Below, piece after piece: positions 11,464 to 25,122 of a DNA stretch of 64,000 nucleotides (positions within the stretch are counted from its first letter, which is position 1; each line of letters opens with the position of its first letter). This stretch comes from Calcarisporiella thermophila CBS 279.70. Taxonomy: Eukaryota; Fungi; Calcarisporiellomycota. Under the pieces are notes generated by a model, which had not been told where the DNA came from, did no database searches, and worked only from the letters and a program-made list of their open reading frames with translations. Where the stretch lies: contig NW_027192217.1 in assembly GCF_041956535.1 (NCBI RefSeq), forward strand, positions 54,196 to 118,195. The letters run 5' to 3'. Made by a program: the position numbers and the translations under genes.

Positions 11464-14030
11464 TCAATTATGTGCAATTCGATCGATCAACACTTCCTCC
11501 AGTCGCTGCGGCTGCGCAGGCAATTCATCCAGTACCATCGCATCAGAGGGAACACTTGAAATATGCAATTCACTATCTGTACAATCAAGCTGCTACAATT
11601 TTAAATTAAGCAAAAGTCTGTCGAGATTTGAGAAGGAAAAAAAAAACATTCATCCACTTACCAAGTCGCTAAGGACTTGTTCACCATTTTCGCCTTGTTT
11701 CGTTTCGTCCTGATCAGCCGAATCCTCTGCCATTGGTGTCGAACTCGACGGGGACAATGAGGTATACTGCATGGCCTTCTGCTCCAGCTTCTCCCATAAC
11801 TGTTTTCGCTCATTGAACTTGGTCTCCTCCCTAGATACGATAACAGGAGAGATTAGGTCAGCACAGTAGAAATGCCGTGCATCTCTCGTTACATTATCTC
11901 ATTCTCGCGGCATTTCTCCCGACACTCCTCCAACAAAGCTGGGCAAACACTGTCGAACACTTTCAACGCGCTGTGGATCAAATTGAGAACATTCCTACCG
12001 AAACCAGTTGAAAATCGATAAAAAAAGAGGGCATTATCAAAGGCACATTGTAGGGTATCTACCGATTCCAATGGCCTTTTGATTTCTGATATAGTGCAGG
12101 GAACACAATTGGTAAAATCGTAGTAGCGTTTGCGGTGATTAAATTAACAATATAATCATTGCTCCAATACAGAAGTGCTTGCTCCGCCACCTATCACATC
12201 CAGAAACTTAGTATCGAGTAGGTAGAGTGTTCAATGGAAAAGAGTGCTGATTACTTGAAAATGAGGACTGCTGATACACAGGGCAATTCTCCGGAATAAT
12301 GGGGCCTGTATTTGTGCAAACTCGGCGGGGTCCATAGAGTCCAGAATCTCCTCGATTTCGTGTAGGAACATCACTTCCTTGGCACTATTAGTTTTCGGCC
12401 AATAGCGCAGAAGACCATGGAAGACCTAGGAGAAGGGATAACATCAGCAGTACATTTACACTGCATTAAAAAAAAAACCAATTACTGCTTGGGTGAGGGA
12501 TGGGTCCTTGTCCAAAAATTGAACTATGCAATAGGTTAGTTGAGGGTGATAGAGCCCCAAACACCGCACTTTGTGTAGAGGAACAAGAGCACGAATAAGA
12601 AATACTTTATGCTCCTCACGTAAAGGAAGAGCAAATCCATTGATGATACTAGGGGAGGAGGAGAGAGGGGTGAGTATAAGAATAAATCAAGGACGGCCAC
12701 CTAGATAACCCAGTACCTTCCTAAGATTTCTAGCAGCTCTGCAATCCCGTTATGGCGTTCCTTTTCATAAATTAGCTGGAAGAAGATGTTGTTGATTGAG
12801 CGGCGGATAAAAGCACGATGGTTGAGGAATTTGCCGTAGAGGCGATGGAGGGTGGTTTTTAGATAGTCGCGCTCGCGCGGGTCTTCACTATCGAAGAGCT
12901 CCAAGACCTATCCATCCACAGGTGGATTTTTTTAGTACATGGATACAAACAAAAGCAGCCTTTCAGAGGAGACCATATTACCTGGAGAATGAATTTTTGA
13001 TCGATTAACTTTTTTCCAATGGTAACGTTGAAATCGGGCGATTCAATGAAGCGAAGAAAGATCTCGTACACCATCTGCAAATGGGGCCACGAGAGATCAA
13101 GGATTGGCTCATCTTCCTCTAAATCATAGGCGTCATTCGCGTTGTTGTTGGGGGTTGATATGGAGCGGAAGAGGTTGGAAGAGAACTAGCGAGAATGGCA
13201 ATTGGGCGTTATGAACCAGAAAGCATTCTAAAGGAGAGTGAGCAATTGAATGCCTACCATGGTAATAATTCCCGGATACACAGGTTCCGAAATCACTCCT
13301 CGTTGACTAATGTGCTCCAGGACCTCGGAGAGTGCCTGTCGCTTGATTTCTTTGCCCTCGAGGTCGGACGACATATCATTGAAATCAAAGACGGCCGAAC
13401 ATTGACGCAATTTCTTCAACAATAGATCCTGTCTCTCACCCGGGCTCACTTCTACACAATGGAGACTGCTGTAGCATCGGCGTGGGAATATCACAAAAAA
13501 TAACCAGGACCAAACCATTGAAACCAGGGAGCCTTTCCAGCCGAATTTTCCCGCTATCACTATAGGACCTAGACGAATGCTGGCGTCGCGGAGTTCTGGA
13601 AATAATGGGGAGCGAGTCTATTGGGGTGTTTTTGAGCAAAGAGAATGCAGAATTCCGCGGCATTTCGGTGTTCGTTGATCTTGAAGCAATCGGAAGGTCG
13701 GTGATTGACTTTGGTAAAGAGCAATGGGGAGACGTTAGCCAAGTGGAATATAGAAATAACGGTATAGCATAGTTATCAGTACACTGTTGTCATTGACGAT
13801 AATGGAGGGATGTGAGAGCTCTGAGGCATTTGGTAAGCCCGATGATTTTGGCGGCGAACGAGATTGGGAAGTGTGAGATGCTAGCTTCTGTTTCTCTTTG
13901 CGATCTTTGTTCCATAAGAGCTGTTAATGAAGAAACGGGTTAAGGAGAAGCTCATCTCTCTATTTTTTTTGTAGAATAATTGAAAGAAAAAGGAGGAACA
14001 AAAGGATACGACTCCCTTGAGTCCTTTCAT
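11464..14030 (-). CDS. RTS1: PP2A regulatory subunit B' (B56/Rts1 family), multi-exon
   Basis: [62 protein letters not shown]; first exon MKGLKGV resembles fungal B56 N-termini. Confidence 0.92.
13921..14009 (-). other. U12-type (minor spliceosome) GT-AG intron 1 of the B56 gene
   Basis: Donor GTATCCTTTT; branch TTCTCCTTAACC with branch A ~19-20 nt from the CAG acceptor; removal joins MKGLKGV to LLWNKDRK in frame. Confidence 0.85.
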
Positions 14031-15172
14031 CGCACATCAATTGCCGATTCGGACAACAACGAAAAAACGTGGAATATAATAAATAGGAAATGGGGCGAGT
14101 TTGGCTTATCTATAGAGAATAAAAAGAGGACCAATGCAGGCAATAGTAGAGGATACAGGCCAAAATTGGTTCATTAAGCGAACTAATTTTTATTAAACAA
14201 CCATATTATATCAAGGCCGTTTTCACTCGATCCACTTTTCATTGACGTAAAAATAGAATCCAGCTTCCCTAAATAATAGCCTACCCCCCGATTAGGATAA
14301 GCGGGATCAGCTTATTGGGAAATATTAGTATATGTTCTTGGTTGTGGGTCGATGACTTCGGAGTTGGATTTATTTTCCGCCCTCCTCAGTTGACACAGCC
14401 GGTAGAGTTAACTTTGCAAACTCTGAGTCTGATCAACTAGGTAAGGCCCATTCCTGCTACTATCCACCCGGGCGGGGCCCACTGGTGAAAGAATACTCAC
14501 CGTTGCAAAATCTCCGATCTAAAGAATATGCACTATGGGGAAGTTAAACGAGGGAGCAGTGCTAGAATTTCACAAACGACTCAGCCTCTGACTTCACCGC
14601 GATTATTAGACAGCCGATCCAACGAGCCACAAGCAAAGGCGAGAGGAGCTTCTACTCTCCTCCTAGCTCTCGGGCATTTGTGCTTGTGGGCGTTTGCTTG
14701 GGGAAAATTGAAGCTTTCGCTCCTGCTACTCGGCCAGCGAATGAGAAAGAGACGATGTAGGTTCGTAATATCTTACAGGCCTATATGGACCTGCGCGGCA
14801 AGCATAATAAAGCAGCAGCTTCTAGAGTACAGAAAAGGGCCTGGCTCGTAGCGCGGCGGCCGATGGGAGCCTCTGCCGCGCCTGGGCATTATAGACTCAG
14901 TCGATGCCAGTTCACGATGTTCAACGATTACTTTTCCTGCATCATCGTTATTTTTTCGGGCCCTCTTCCAATTACATACATCTTCAATTTATATTCTATG
15001 ACACATTCAAAATTTAGATAAAACACCACGCTGAGATTGGCCACATCGTTGCGGAGCACCAATTTCCCTTGAAGATATACTCGGGGGGTCCTGGCAAGGA
15101 TTTCCTGCTTTCTCCACTTTATCTCGAATTCCCCTCGGTTGAAACCCAAATAACCTAGCAACATCGCTTCCC

Positions 15173-18100
15173 ATGTTAAAGACACCGCAGCTATTACCCT
15201 TAGCGACGTCCTGTACTCGGTCCATCCTCTCGCGTTCCCTCTGCACCTCCCTCCGTCGCCCCTCATTATTATTAGCAAAGGCGCCTTCCCCGCAATTTTC
15301 TAATGTTAGAAGCATCGCCCCCGCCCTCCACCGTCTCCCACTCGCCTCTCTCCGCTGGCAACATTCAGAGGCGAAGCCAACTACATTAGTTTCGGAGGAA
15401 ATCCTAGAAAGCGTACCTCTCGTAGATGTCAAAAAGGTGCTCGTGGTAGGGAGCGGAGGCCTGAGTATCGGACAGGCTGGCGAATTCGACTACTCGGGTA
15501 AAGACTGATTCGCTCTTTCAAACCCATCTCTTTGCCTAATTCTCTTTGAATGTAAAAAAAAAAAGGTTCGCAAGCTATCAAGGCTCTTCGTGAATCAAAC
15601 ATTGAAACAGTCCTTATCAACCCGAATATTGCCACCATCCAGACTTCGCATTCGCTCGCAGACAACATCTATTTCTTACCAGTGACCCCGGAATACTTGG
15701 TGCATATTCTTGAGCGAGAGCGACCCGATGGCATTCTGCTGACATTCGGTGGCCAAACTGCTCTCAATTGTGGTGTGCAACTGCACCGGATGGGTGTGTT
15801 TGACCGGTTGGGAGTGAAGGTGCTTGGTACACCTATCCGGACATTAGAGTTGAGCGAGGATCGGGATTTATTTGCAAAGGCATTGAAAGGTTAGGGATTG
15901 ACGTTGTGCCTTAGCAATGTGCATCATTTATATAACCGTTTATGTATAGAAATCGATATCCCCGTCGCCGAGTCCACCGCTGTAGAGAGTGTCGATGCCG
16001 CCCTTCAGGCGGCGGAACAAATCGGGTATCCTGTCATCGTGCGTTCTGCCTTCTCGCTTGGTGGGCTTGGCTCCGGATTTGCCTCTGACAAAGAGGAGCT
16101 TCACGCCCTTGCCACAAAATCACTCTCGTTGACTCCACAGATTCTCGTCGAGAAATCAATGAAGGGATGGAAGGAGGTTGAGTACGAAGTGGTGCGTGAC
16201 GCAGCTAACAACTGCATTACGGTTTGCAACATGGAGAATTTCGATCCCCTCGGAGTACACACGGGTGACTCGATCGTGGTCGCCCCAAGCCAGACGCTCT
16301 CTGACGAAGAATATCATATGCTCCGCACTGCAGCCATCAAAATCGTGAGACACATGGGCGTTGTGGGCGAGTGTAACGTGCAGTATGCGCTAAATCCAGA
16401 GAGCCTCGAGTTCAAGGTGATAGAGATGAACGCTCGTCTGAGCCGAAGCAGGTAAGCTAGATGGGGCAATGGCATGGTTATCCGGCAATAGCGACCGATT
16501 AACAATGACTTCACTTGTAGTGCACTTGCATCCAAAGCCACTGGGTACCCGCTTGCCTTTATTGCGGCCAAGATCGCTCTTGGCTATACCCTCCCGCAAC
16601 TCCGCAACTCGGTGACGAGGACGACCACCGCTTGCTTTGAACCCTCACTTGACTACATAGTCACAAAGATCCCTCGATGGGATTTATCCAAGTTCCAGCA
16701 CGTGAATCGTGAGATTGGTAGCTCGATGAAGTCGGTGGGAGAGGTGATGGCCATTGGGCGAACCTTTGAAGAGAGTTTACAAAAGGTGAGCACACCATTA
16801 GCTCCAAGAGCGAAATTTTTTGTCCCCACTAAAAACCATTTCCTTGATTGCACCGCATAGGCCATTCGGCAAGTAGACCCCCGCTTCCAAGGGTTTGAAC
16901 CGCCAACAGAGCCGTTCGAGCATCTCGATAAAGCGCTTAGCGTACCCACCGACCGACGTCTCTTTGCCATCGGTCAGGCAATGATCGATGAGGGCTATTC
17001 CGTCGATAAGGTCCACTCCCTCACCAAGATTGACAAATGGTTCCTGAACAAGCTCGCTAATATCGTGGAGGTGCGCAAGGCACTTCCCCAAGAGGGGCTT
17101 CAGCCCAAGCTGCTCGAACGAGCCAAGAAGACGGGATACTCGGATGCGCAAATTGCAAAGCTGACGAAGAGCACCGAGGACGCAGTGCGCCAAGAACGGA
17201 AGGCACTAGGTATCATCCCCAGGGTGAAGCGCATCGACACTCTGGCGGCCGAATTCCCCGCGAAGACAAACTACCTGTACACGACTTACAATGCCACCAC
17301 CGATGACATCACCTTCAATGAGCATGGCACCATGGTGCTTGGATCGGGGGTGTATCGCATCGGCTCTTCTGTCGAATTCGACTGGTGTGGGGTCTCGTGC
17401 ATCCGTGCCCTCCGAGAACTTGGCCGCCGCACCATCATGGTGAACTACAACCCGGAGACGGTGTCGACCGATTTCGACGAGTGCGATCGTCTCTATTTCG
17501 AGGAGTTGAGCTACGAGCGTGTCATGGACATCTACGAGCGCGAGGGTGCGGAAGGAGTGGTGGTGAGCGTGGGCGGCCAGTTGCCACAGAACATTGCGCT
17601 CAGGCTGCACAATTCCAAGTGCAACGTGCTCGGCACCAGCCCGGTGATGATCGACGCGGCGGAAGATCGGTACAAGTTCAGCAGCGTGCTGGACAAGATC
17701 GGGGTTGATCAGCCGGAATGGAGCGAGCTGTCGTCGGTCGAGCAGGCATACGAGTTTGCGGAGCGGGTCGGCTATCCCGTGCTTGTGCGCCCGTCCTACG
17801 TACTCTCCGGAGCGGCCATGAACGTGGCGTACACCCGGGAGGCGCTCGCCCATCACTTGTCGCAGGCGGCCGCCGTGTCGCCCCTTCATCCCGTGGTGAT
17901 GACCAAGTTCATCTCGGGGGCGCAGGAGATCGACGTGGACGCCGTGGCCAACAAGGGGCAGGTGCTGGTCCACGCGGTGTCGGAGCACGTGGAGAATGCC
18001 GGAGTACACTCCGGGGACGCCACGCTCGTCCTCCCGTCACAGGACCTCTCGAGCAAGACCCTGGAGGACATCCGCACCATCACCCATAAGGTGGCCCAGG

Positions 18101-18909
18101 CCTTCGACATCACCGGCCCATTCAACATGCAGATCATCAAGCGTGGGGACGAGCTGAAGGTGATCGAGTGCAACCTGAGGGCCTCCCGCTCCTTCCCATT
18201 CGTGAGCAAGGTGCTCGGGGTCAATTTCATCGACGTGGCGACGCGGGCCATCTGCAACTCGAACGTGCCGCCGCCAGTGGACCTGATGGCCGTGGAGCGC
18301 GACTACCAGGCGGTGAAGGTGTCCCAGTTTAGCTGGACCCGTCTCGCGGGTGCGGATCCGCTGTTGGGCGTCGAGATGGCGTCAACGGGCGAGGTCGCCT
18401 GCTTTGGAAGGGACAAACACGAGGCCTTCTGGGCCGCGGTGCAGTCGGTCCAGAACTTCCGCATCCCCTCCATTGGGTCTGGGGTGCTGCTGAGCAGCGC
18501 CGACGAAACCGCAGTGGGCGACGACTTGCTCTATGTGGCTAAGCTCTTCCAAGAGCTCGGCCATCCCCTCTACACCCCCACGCCTCAACTCAAGCAGGCC
18601 CTAGCGCAGCATGGCATCGAGACGGCCTCCCTGCCTTTTGTCACGGAGGACAAGCGCGCCTTACGGAACGTGTTCCGTGAAAATCGCATTGACTTTGTCG
18701 TCGGGCTCGCCAAGTCCCGCCCCAACTCGGCCTCCGACGTGCACTATCTCGTCCGCCGATCGGCCGTCGACTTTGGAATTCCGTTGATCAACGATAGCCG
18801 GGTGGCGCGTCTCTTCGTGGAGTCATTGAAAAAGAAGCGTGCCGAGAACAACGCCGGCGAGATCCCCAGCGAGGTCAAGAGCTGGTCCGAGTTCGTCGCA
18901 AATATGTAA
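15173..18909 (+). CDS. CPA2: Arginine-specific carbamoyl-phosphate synthase large chain with predicted mitochondrial presequence
   Basis: [52 protein letters not shown]-terminal EVKSWSEF; Arg/Ser-rich N-terminus; no fused GATase, DHOase or ATCase. Confidence 0.93.
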
Positions 18910-20003
18910 ATAAGCTGCGTTCCTTCTCTCCTCCTTCCCACCATCTCCCCCCAAAACCCCAAAATTAATTAGTTTTAGCATCAGTATGATTTAGATTGCT
19001 TTTCTGGAGTTTTTTTTTCATTTGTTTCCCCTAATACTCTCTTCAATGACACTTGTTTTTTACAATTAAGTTTGGGCTGTGTTTATTTTCTTTGGAACAA
19101 CTATGATAGAAGTTTATATGAGTTCACCTGATTTTCCAAATGCTTCTGCAAATGAAATATCCAGATCTACATCATCCTTATCCTCAGATTATCTCCGCCC
19201 TGGCCCCCCCCCCCCATTGAGCAAAACCTCTTTCTTGAATTCAAAAAGCGGAAGAGAATACATTGGATAACGGCTATGCAGGGGCTGCTATGACAGTCAC
19301 TTTGCAAAACAGCATCGGCTTCCGCTTTGATTCTCGACCCTGAACTGGCTCCTCCATTACGGACCCATGCTGTCAAAACCATATTGCCACGACCTTCATT
19401 TATTACAGGATTAATAGACATCTCTTAGATTTCTTCTCGAATCATCCTCCTTTTTCTCAATTATCCTTGCGCCCTCGACGCCGGCTACAATCAGGAGTTC
19501 GAATCTAAAACAGCGGTTGGCATGTACTTCAATTCCCAAGGCTCCTCTCCTAGGTTCACACCACCCATGCTGTTAAAGCCTATAGCAGCATGAATCTATA
19601 CACTCTACCAGCCCGTCTGATTAACGGAATAATATAACTACGAGGATATACAGTGACTCTCGTCAGACCAAGGTTAGGTCTCTTTTTATCGAAGCAGAAT
19701 ATTTCTTTGCTCGAAATTATTGTCCGTATTTAGATATATTTCTTTTTTTTTTTGATCAATCAATGGAAACTTTTTATTTAATTTCCATATATTACATGAA
19801 GTTAATGTCAATGGACTTAACATGACGAGATATAGGTCCTTGATCGATAGACATTCAATCGATATGCGTGTATCGTAGTTGTCGTGAATAGCCTGTACGT
19901 GAAACCGATGTAAGCTTTGTACTTTTCGTAGGAGCGATCTTTTCAATAATGAAGACTCAATTTCTGAACAAGTGGACAGCAGTCACAAACTAAGAGTAAG
20001 TGC

Positions 20004-20081
20004 TGGTGGGGGAAGTGGGATTCGAACCCACGCCGTTCTCGTCGGCATACCAGGGATAGTCCACTACACTAACCCTCCCCC
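20004..20081 (-). pseudogene. tRNA-like element A (Leu-type T-arm, no canonical anticodon arm, encoded CCA)
   Basis: Reverse complement GGGGGAG-GGT-TAGT-GTAGTGG-ACTA-TCCCTGGTAT-GCCG-ACGAGAA-CGGC-GTGGG-TTCGAAT-CCCAC-TTCCCCC-A-CCA; A box, B box and 7-bp acceptor stem intact. Confidence 0.7.
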
Positions 20082-20166
20082 CCCATTTAGATATATTTCA
20101 GTAGGTATCTGATATTTTTTTTCGTCACCAGACGAAAGGTCACACAGACGTTTCAACAGATAACAA

Positions 20167-20237
20167 GCATGGTTGGTTTAGTGGTATAATTGCCGCCTGC
20201 CACGCGGCAGACCCGGGTTCGATTCCCGGACCATGCA
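20167..20237 (+). tRNA. tRNA-Gly(GCC), copy 3
   Basis: Identical to copy 1. Confidence 0.97.
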
Positions 20238-20460
20238 TCATCACCTCTATCTTTTCTTGGGAATATTTTTTTTTTCACATTACCCACCGCTGACGAGAGA
20301 ACTGGATCGATTAAACAACTTTACTTACAGAGAGAAGAGGCTCCGATTCATAATGCACAAAGACAATTACATATCCAATAAATACTCCAAAGTCAACAAA
20401 TATACAACGAAGGTTGGAATGAAACAAAGGAGGAAGGGGGGGAGAGTTGCGGGGACAGCT

Positions 20461-21870
20461 TCAGCTTGACCAAACCTGACAGCACCATTGGAAGGCTTTG
20501 CAGGCTAAGAGCAAGGGTCCGAACACAAACACGCCCATTCTCAACAGCTCACTCTTGGATTTAATGTGTAACGGCATCACCGTCGGCGAAAGCCCATTCT
20601 CCCACGCGGACGAGGGGAACCCGCCCTTGTCATAGAAATGCTTTAGCATCTCTTCCTTCTCGCCCCAGACTTCTAGCAACTTCTGGGTGAACACGGCCGT
20701 CTCCACCTCGCCCTTTTCACCGGAGGGCGAGACACCCTCGGCCTTGGGATAAAACTCGGTGAGAGGTATATGTCGGATATGGACGTGGATGCGGCGAAGC
20801 GGGCGGTTGGAGGTGCCAACCAGGGTGTCCACCAGCGGGAACACGCACTCGGGAATCTCATCTCCCTTCAGCCCCTCGTACGCGACGGTGAAATCGAGAA
20901 TATCGTACTTGAGGTGGTCGGCACAGAATTTGAGGCCCGTGGTCCGAGGTATGAGGCAATGGTTCCAGGCCAAGGCCAAGTCCATCTTCTTCGAAAAGAG
21001 GTGCGAAGCCTGGCGGGTGCCCTGCGAGAGAACTGTGCCCTCCGGGAATATCATGAGCCAAAACTTACTGTTCTTGAGGCGCGTAAGGTGCTGCTCTAGT
21101 GAGACACGGTCGGCAGTCCAGTTACGTCGAATGAAGATGAAGTCGAAGAATTGCATACCCTTTGAAAAAAGAAAGCGCCGGGTTAGCGGCAAGAGGCAAA
21201 GGTGAGGGGGAACGCAGTTTGCTTACCCATCCAAAGATTGGCACTGTTCTCAGCGAGTCTTTGAGGATAATTTTAAGAGTCGCATGGGCATCCGCGAAAT
21301 AGGCGAAGAACCTACTCTCCATGTCCAAAGTTGAAATGTCGAGATCAGCGCGGATGGTTTTCAGAAGGCACTCACCATAGGTACATCCAGTCTAGGTAAA
21401 TCTAAAAGACAGAAAATTCGTGCGGGTTGAGAAGGGCGGTGGAGACAGCATACAATTCAGTAGAGGGTGGTTACCTGGTGATTCGAAATGACGATAGCCT
21501 TCTCGGGCAGCCTTAGTTGTTTGCTATCGCCTCTATCCTTCACCACCATGTTCTTTACGCTCTCATCCCCGGTCACGATCATGGTCACCGGAGAGAAATA
21601 GTCGACTAGCAGCAGCATCAGGATCGTGAAAACCGCCTGACTTTCGTGGATATAGGTGCGGTAGGCGGGGTAGCTAATCGGACGAAGCACGCAGTACCCG
21701 ATGGACTGCGAAATGTTGACTGTAATAGTTAAAACTTGATTAGAAAGCAATTGAGCCAATTAGCCAAGGTAAAAAAAAAAAAGGCGCCCACTGAGGAAGG
21801 AGACCCCCGCAAAAAGGAGAAGAAACGTGAAGGCGCGGGCAGCGCGATGTAAGGAATTGGATGGAAGCAT
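20461..21870 (-). CDS. Lysophospholipid acyltransferase (AGPAT/LCLAT1/Cst26-like), multi-exon
   Basis: Spliced NHQ-IYLDW motif I, KIILKDSLRTVPIFGW, FIFIRRNW, LMIFPEGT, LIPRTTG; start codon approximate. Confidence 0.85.
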
Positions 21871-22183
21871 GTCGGGGCGTTAGTTCATATGTGTAGAGAG
21901 CAGCCTGGATGGAAAGGGCGAGTCTTGAGACTGAAGGGGGGGAGGAGAAGAGGGCGGAGAGAGGGAGAAAGAGCACAAAAAAGTGACCAGCAGTCATGCA
22001 TAATTGCAGCCTTAAATTGACCATTAGTTTTATTTTTCCAGGTTATCAGGTGAAAAGTGGCTTGGCGATGGACCCACCACGGCTGCATTTCATATTATGT
22101 ACAATCTATTAGAATCCAGAACAAATATTTACAGAGATACAGAGGAGGGGGAGGGAGGGGAAATGAAAAAGTATCCAAAGAGT

Positions 22184-22987
22184 TCAGTTATAAGAAGCAA
22201 AAGGCCAGCCCATGTCTGGGGTGTAGACTACGGTTTCGGGCGGCAAGAGCGAGGGGAGTACTGCTGGGGCGGGTAAATACCGTAATGAGGAGGACACCTT
22301 CTTATATAGGGGGGAGTCCAAGTAGCCCTGCTGCGGCCGTTTGACACCACATCGCACCTCCAATGGGTTTGGAAGGGCTATTGCCAAGGGGTAGCATTGG
22401 TAGGGGGACGCGACCGGGGTCGGGACGTGCATGGGCGAAGAAAGAGGCGACAGCATTGGGAGTTTGGGCGTCCGCTTGACGACCTTGGGGGTGCGGGCGA
22501 GCATTTCGAGACGAGCGGCCCACTCTCTGTAGGCCTGGGCGGACAAGTGCAGCCTGTGATCGAGGGCGGTCAAGAATTCCACCTCCATGACGAGGATTTC
22601 GCGGAGGGGCAGGCCCGAGAGATTGGACCATGTGCGGGCGGTGAAGGTGCTGTCGTTGAGATATTTGTTTGCGAGGGAGAGGGCGATGGTGAGGAGCCGG
22701 TACTCACAGCCGGGCGAGCCGTAGGCGATGCGGGTGCGGCGGTAGCGCTGCACGTACTCGAGGGCCAGGAAGAGATGCTCGCGATCGATGCGGGCGGCCT
22801 CGAACAGGTTGTGGCAGAAGTGGACGAGGGCGGGGAGCGCTTCGCGGCCCTGCTGAGGGGTGGGCTGGCCGTACCACAGCAAGCACAGGGTCTTTGCGGC
22901 GAATTCCGCGAGAGCATGCGTTGAGGTTGAGTGGTGAGGCGATTGTGGAGGCGAGGGCATGGAGATAGGATGGGCGTAGTAGCTCAT
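22184..22987 (-). CDS. Pho85-type cyclin (Clg1/Pcl-like), intronless
   Basis: Cyclin box EYRLLTIALSLANKYLNDSTFTARTWSNLSGLPLREILVMEVEFL; Pro/Ser-rich tail. Confidence 0.85.
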   Translation of the reverse strand: MSYYAHPISMPSPPQSPHHSTSTHALAEFAAKTLCLLWYGQPTPQQGREALPALVHFCHNLFEAARIDREHLFLALEYVQRYRRTRIAYGSPGCEYRLLTIALSLANKYLNDSTFTARTWSNLSGLPLREILVMEVEFLTALDHRLHLSAQAYREWAARLEMLARTPKVVKRTPKLPMLSPLSSPMHVPTPVASPYQCYPLAIALPNPLEVRCGVKRPQQGYLDSPLYKKVSSSLRYLPAPAVLPSLLPPETVVYTPDMGWPFASYN

Positions 22988-25122
22988 GGCGGGGCAGGGT
23001 TCTCCTTCTTAGGCAGGCCGAAGAGGAAGCGGGAGACGAGAAGAGGGGAGAGGCGAGGATCGGCGAGGAGCGAGGGAGAAGAGAAGAGAAGCAATGACAA
23101 GCAAGGCAAGTTAAGCGCCGAGGGGGTTCCCAATCAATGCAATGGCGAGGGGCAGCACAGGAGAAGGAGGCAGAGAGGGTTGGGAGGAAGAGAGAGAGAA
23201 AACCAAGCAAGACGCTCAATATATTGGGTGTGCCATAAATTAATATATATAGATATTGGTGAGATCACTAGGGTGATTGAGAAAAAAATTTGCCCCATTT
23301 TGGCTGAAAGGGTTCGATGGTCCATTTCCCGATCCCACTCAGTCAATGCCATGCACGATGCATAAAACAATTTTCCACTCCTTCAAACATGCTAATTGCA
23401 CGCGGGCTGGAATCCCGCTCTTACACCGCAGGCATTCCGCCGCCGCCCGTGGTTTGTGTGTCTGTGTGAGGATCCCTACCGGTATAAGCTCGCGGTTGCC
23501 CATTTAAAATTCATAAACTAGTGCAACACATACAAGTTGCGAGCTGCACCGCAGAACCAAGACAGAAATTTACCCGTTCGCCTCGTTCGAATCCGGCCGC
23601 TTAAACAGGACCACAAACCAGCGGCAGGCGAGCCAGACTCTTTCCTTACCCATTTCAATTTAAGACAAAATCCTCACTCAGACAATCTCCCCCAAGATCC
23701 CCCAATCCCCGGCCTCGGCTGCCGGAGCACACACCTCCTGGCTTTCGTCACCTGGGCCACTCTGGAACCGCCATAAGATTCAAAGCCGATGTGTTTGGTC
23801 GGCTCTGGCTCGCACTCTCAATAATGCACCGAGACTTGTTCTATCCTTCCCTTTATGCATCCAGTTCGAGGATGGAGTTTGATAATCGTTTTTATTCCCC
23901 CCAATGCTCGGTAGCACTGCCACACACTGCCGCTGCTTCTAGATCCCTTACCTGAAGATCGAGCCGAAGCTTTCGTGTCTGAAACTCGTCTCTCCCGCCC
24001 GCCCCGTCTAGAAGCCGTATTGAAAGTCAGTCTGAGGCATATCGAGTTTAGACTCCAGCCGCTGGATCCCTCCGCTCGGAAACTCTGGCCGTGAGATTGC
24101 CGCCCAAGGCGAGGGTGGCCTTGGATGGGATCGTCGGTGATTGCGATGGGCCGTCGCCATCACGATGCAAAACACACCTATGGTGGGGTCCCTTTGGGCT
24201 CGGGCTGATTGAACCTGCCTAACTAGATCCCCCAATAGTAATAGCCCCGGCCCTTTCCTAGGGCCGTTTGAGCACGATGGGGTCCTAGAAACCTTGTTTG
24301 AGATTGGATTTGGAAATAGAATTTGTGGAGCCATTTTAGATGGAATGAGGGTGTGCTATGGCCGAGCTTAAGCGTAGCTCGGTCACCCTAAGGAGCCAAG
24401 GTTAATGTTGCAAAAAATTATTGAAGGGTTCTCGAGTTCATGGGAACAGCGTGAAATTGATGGGTCCATTGGTAAATGAAATTGGAGAATCAAAGATGGC
24501 GGAGGCAATTTCATCGAAATTTTGTCATATGGAAACCCGCCCCTTGCTCGCGAGATTAGGTTGCGGGCACCTGATTTGCTTTGGGCTCAAAGTAAGATGA
24601 GATTGAGGGAGAGGCTAGAGACGCCAATCATGAGGATTGGGGGCGGCCAATGTTCAGGTCTATCGCATCGGCGCTTGAGGTGCGGCTGACGGGGTCAAAC
24701 CGGTCTCTGGCTGAGATCGGGCAGCGGCCAGCTTCACCCTCAAGCCATGGTGACCGCACCCCCTCCCCCCCCATTTGGCGCCTGTCCATCCAACTCCAAC
24801 GGCACATCGGCCACACAATTAATAGCCCTCTGCAATTCGTATTCCTCCAACGTGAATGGACTCCATTTTAAATTAATAAAACCACATCGCCTCTCATTTT
24901 GTATATATTCATACTTTAAGTAGTATAAGTAAGTAAACACAGAAATACCCATAAGTGAATTTACAAACACCTTCTGGAAAAAGAATAGTAAATCAAGATA
25001 TAAAAGTATATCAGATCAAAAGAAAAAAAAATAGTAAGCACCACAAAAGATTTTTTAGGGGTCAGATGGATGAAGTATTAGTTGAAGTATTTTTTTTAGA
25101 CTACGTATTCTTCACACCGTGT

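Noticed and set aside
14917-15021. uORF MFNDYFSCII... upstream of CPA2 as an arginine attenuator peptide
   Set aside because: Only DY-x-S matches; the conserved H and W are missing, and the AAP is known from the small-subunit gene (CPA1/arg-2).
15028-15100. GCTGAGA as a TPP riboswitch core
   Set aside because: The downstream CCTGAT/TAAT/GCG-AGG elements are absent and the gene is unrelated to thiamine.
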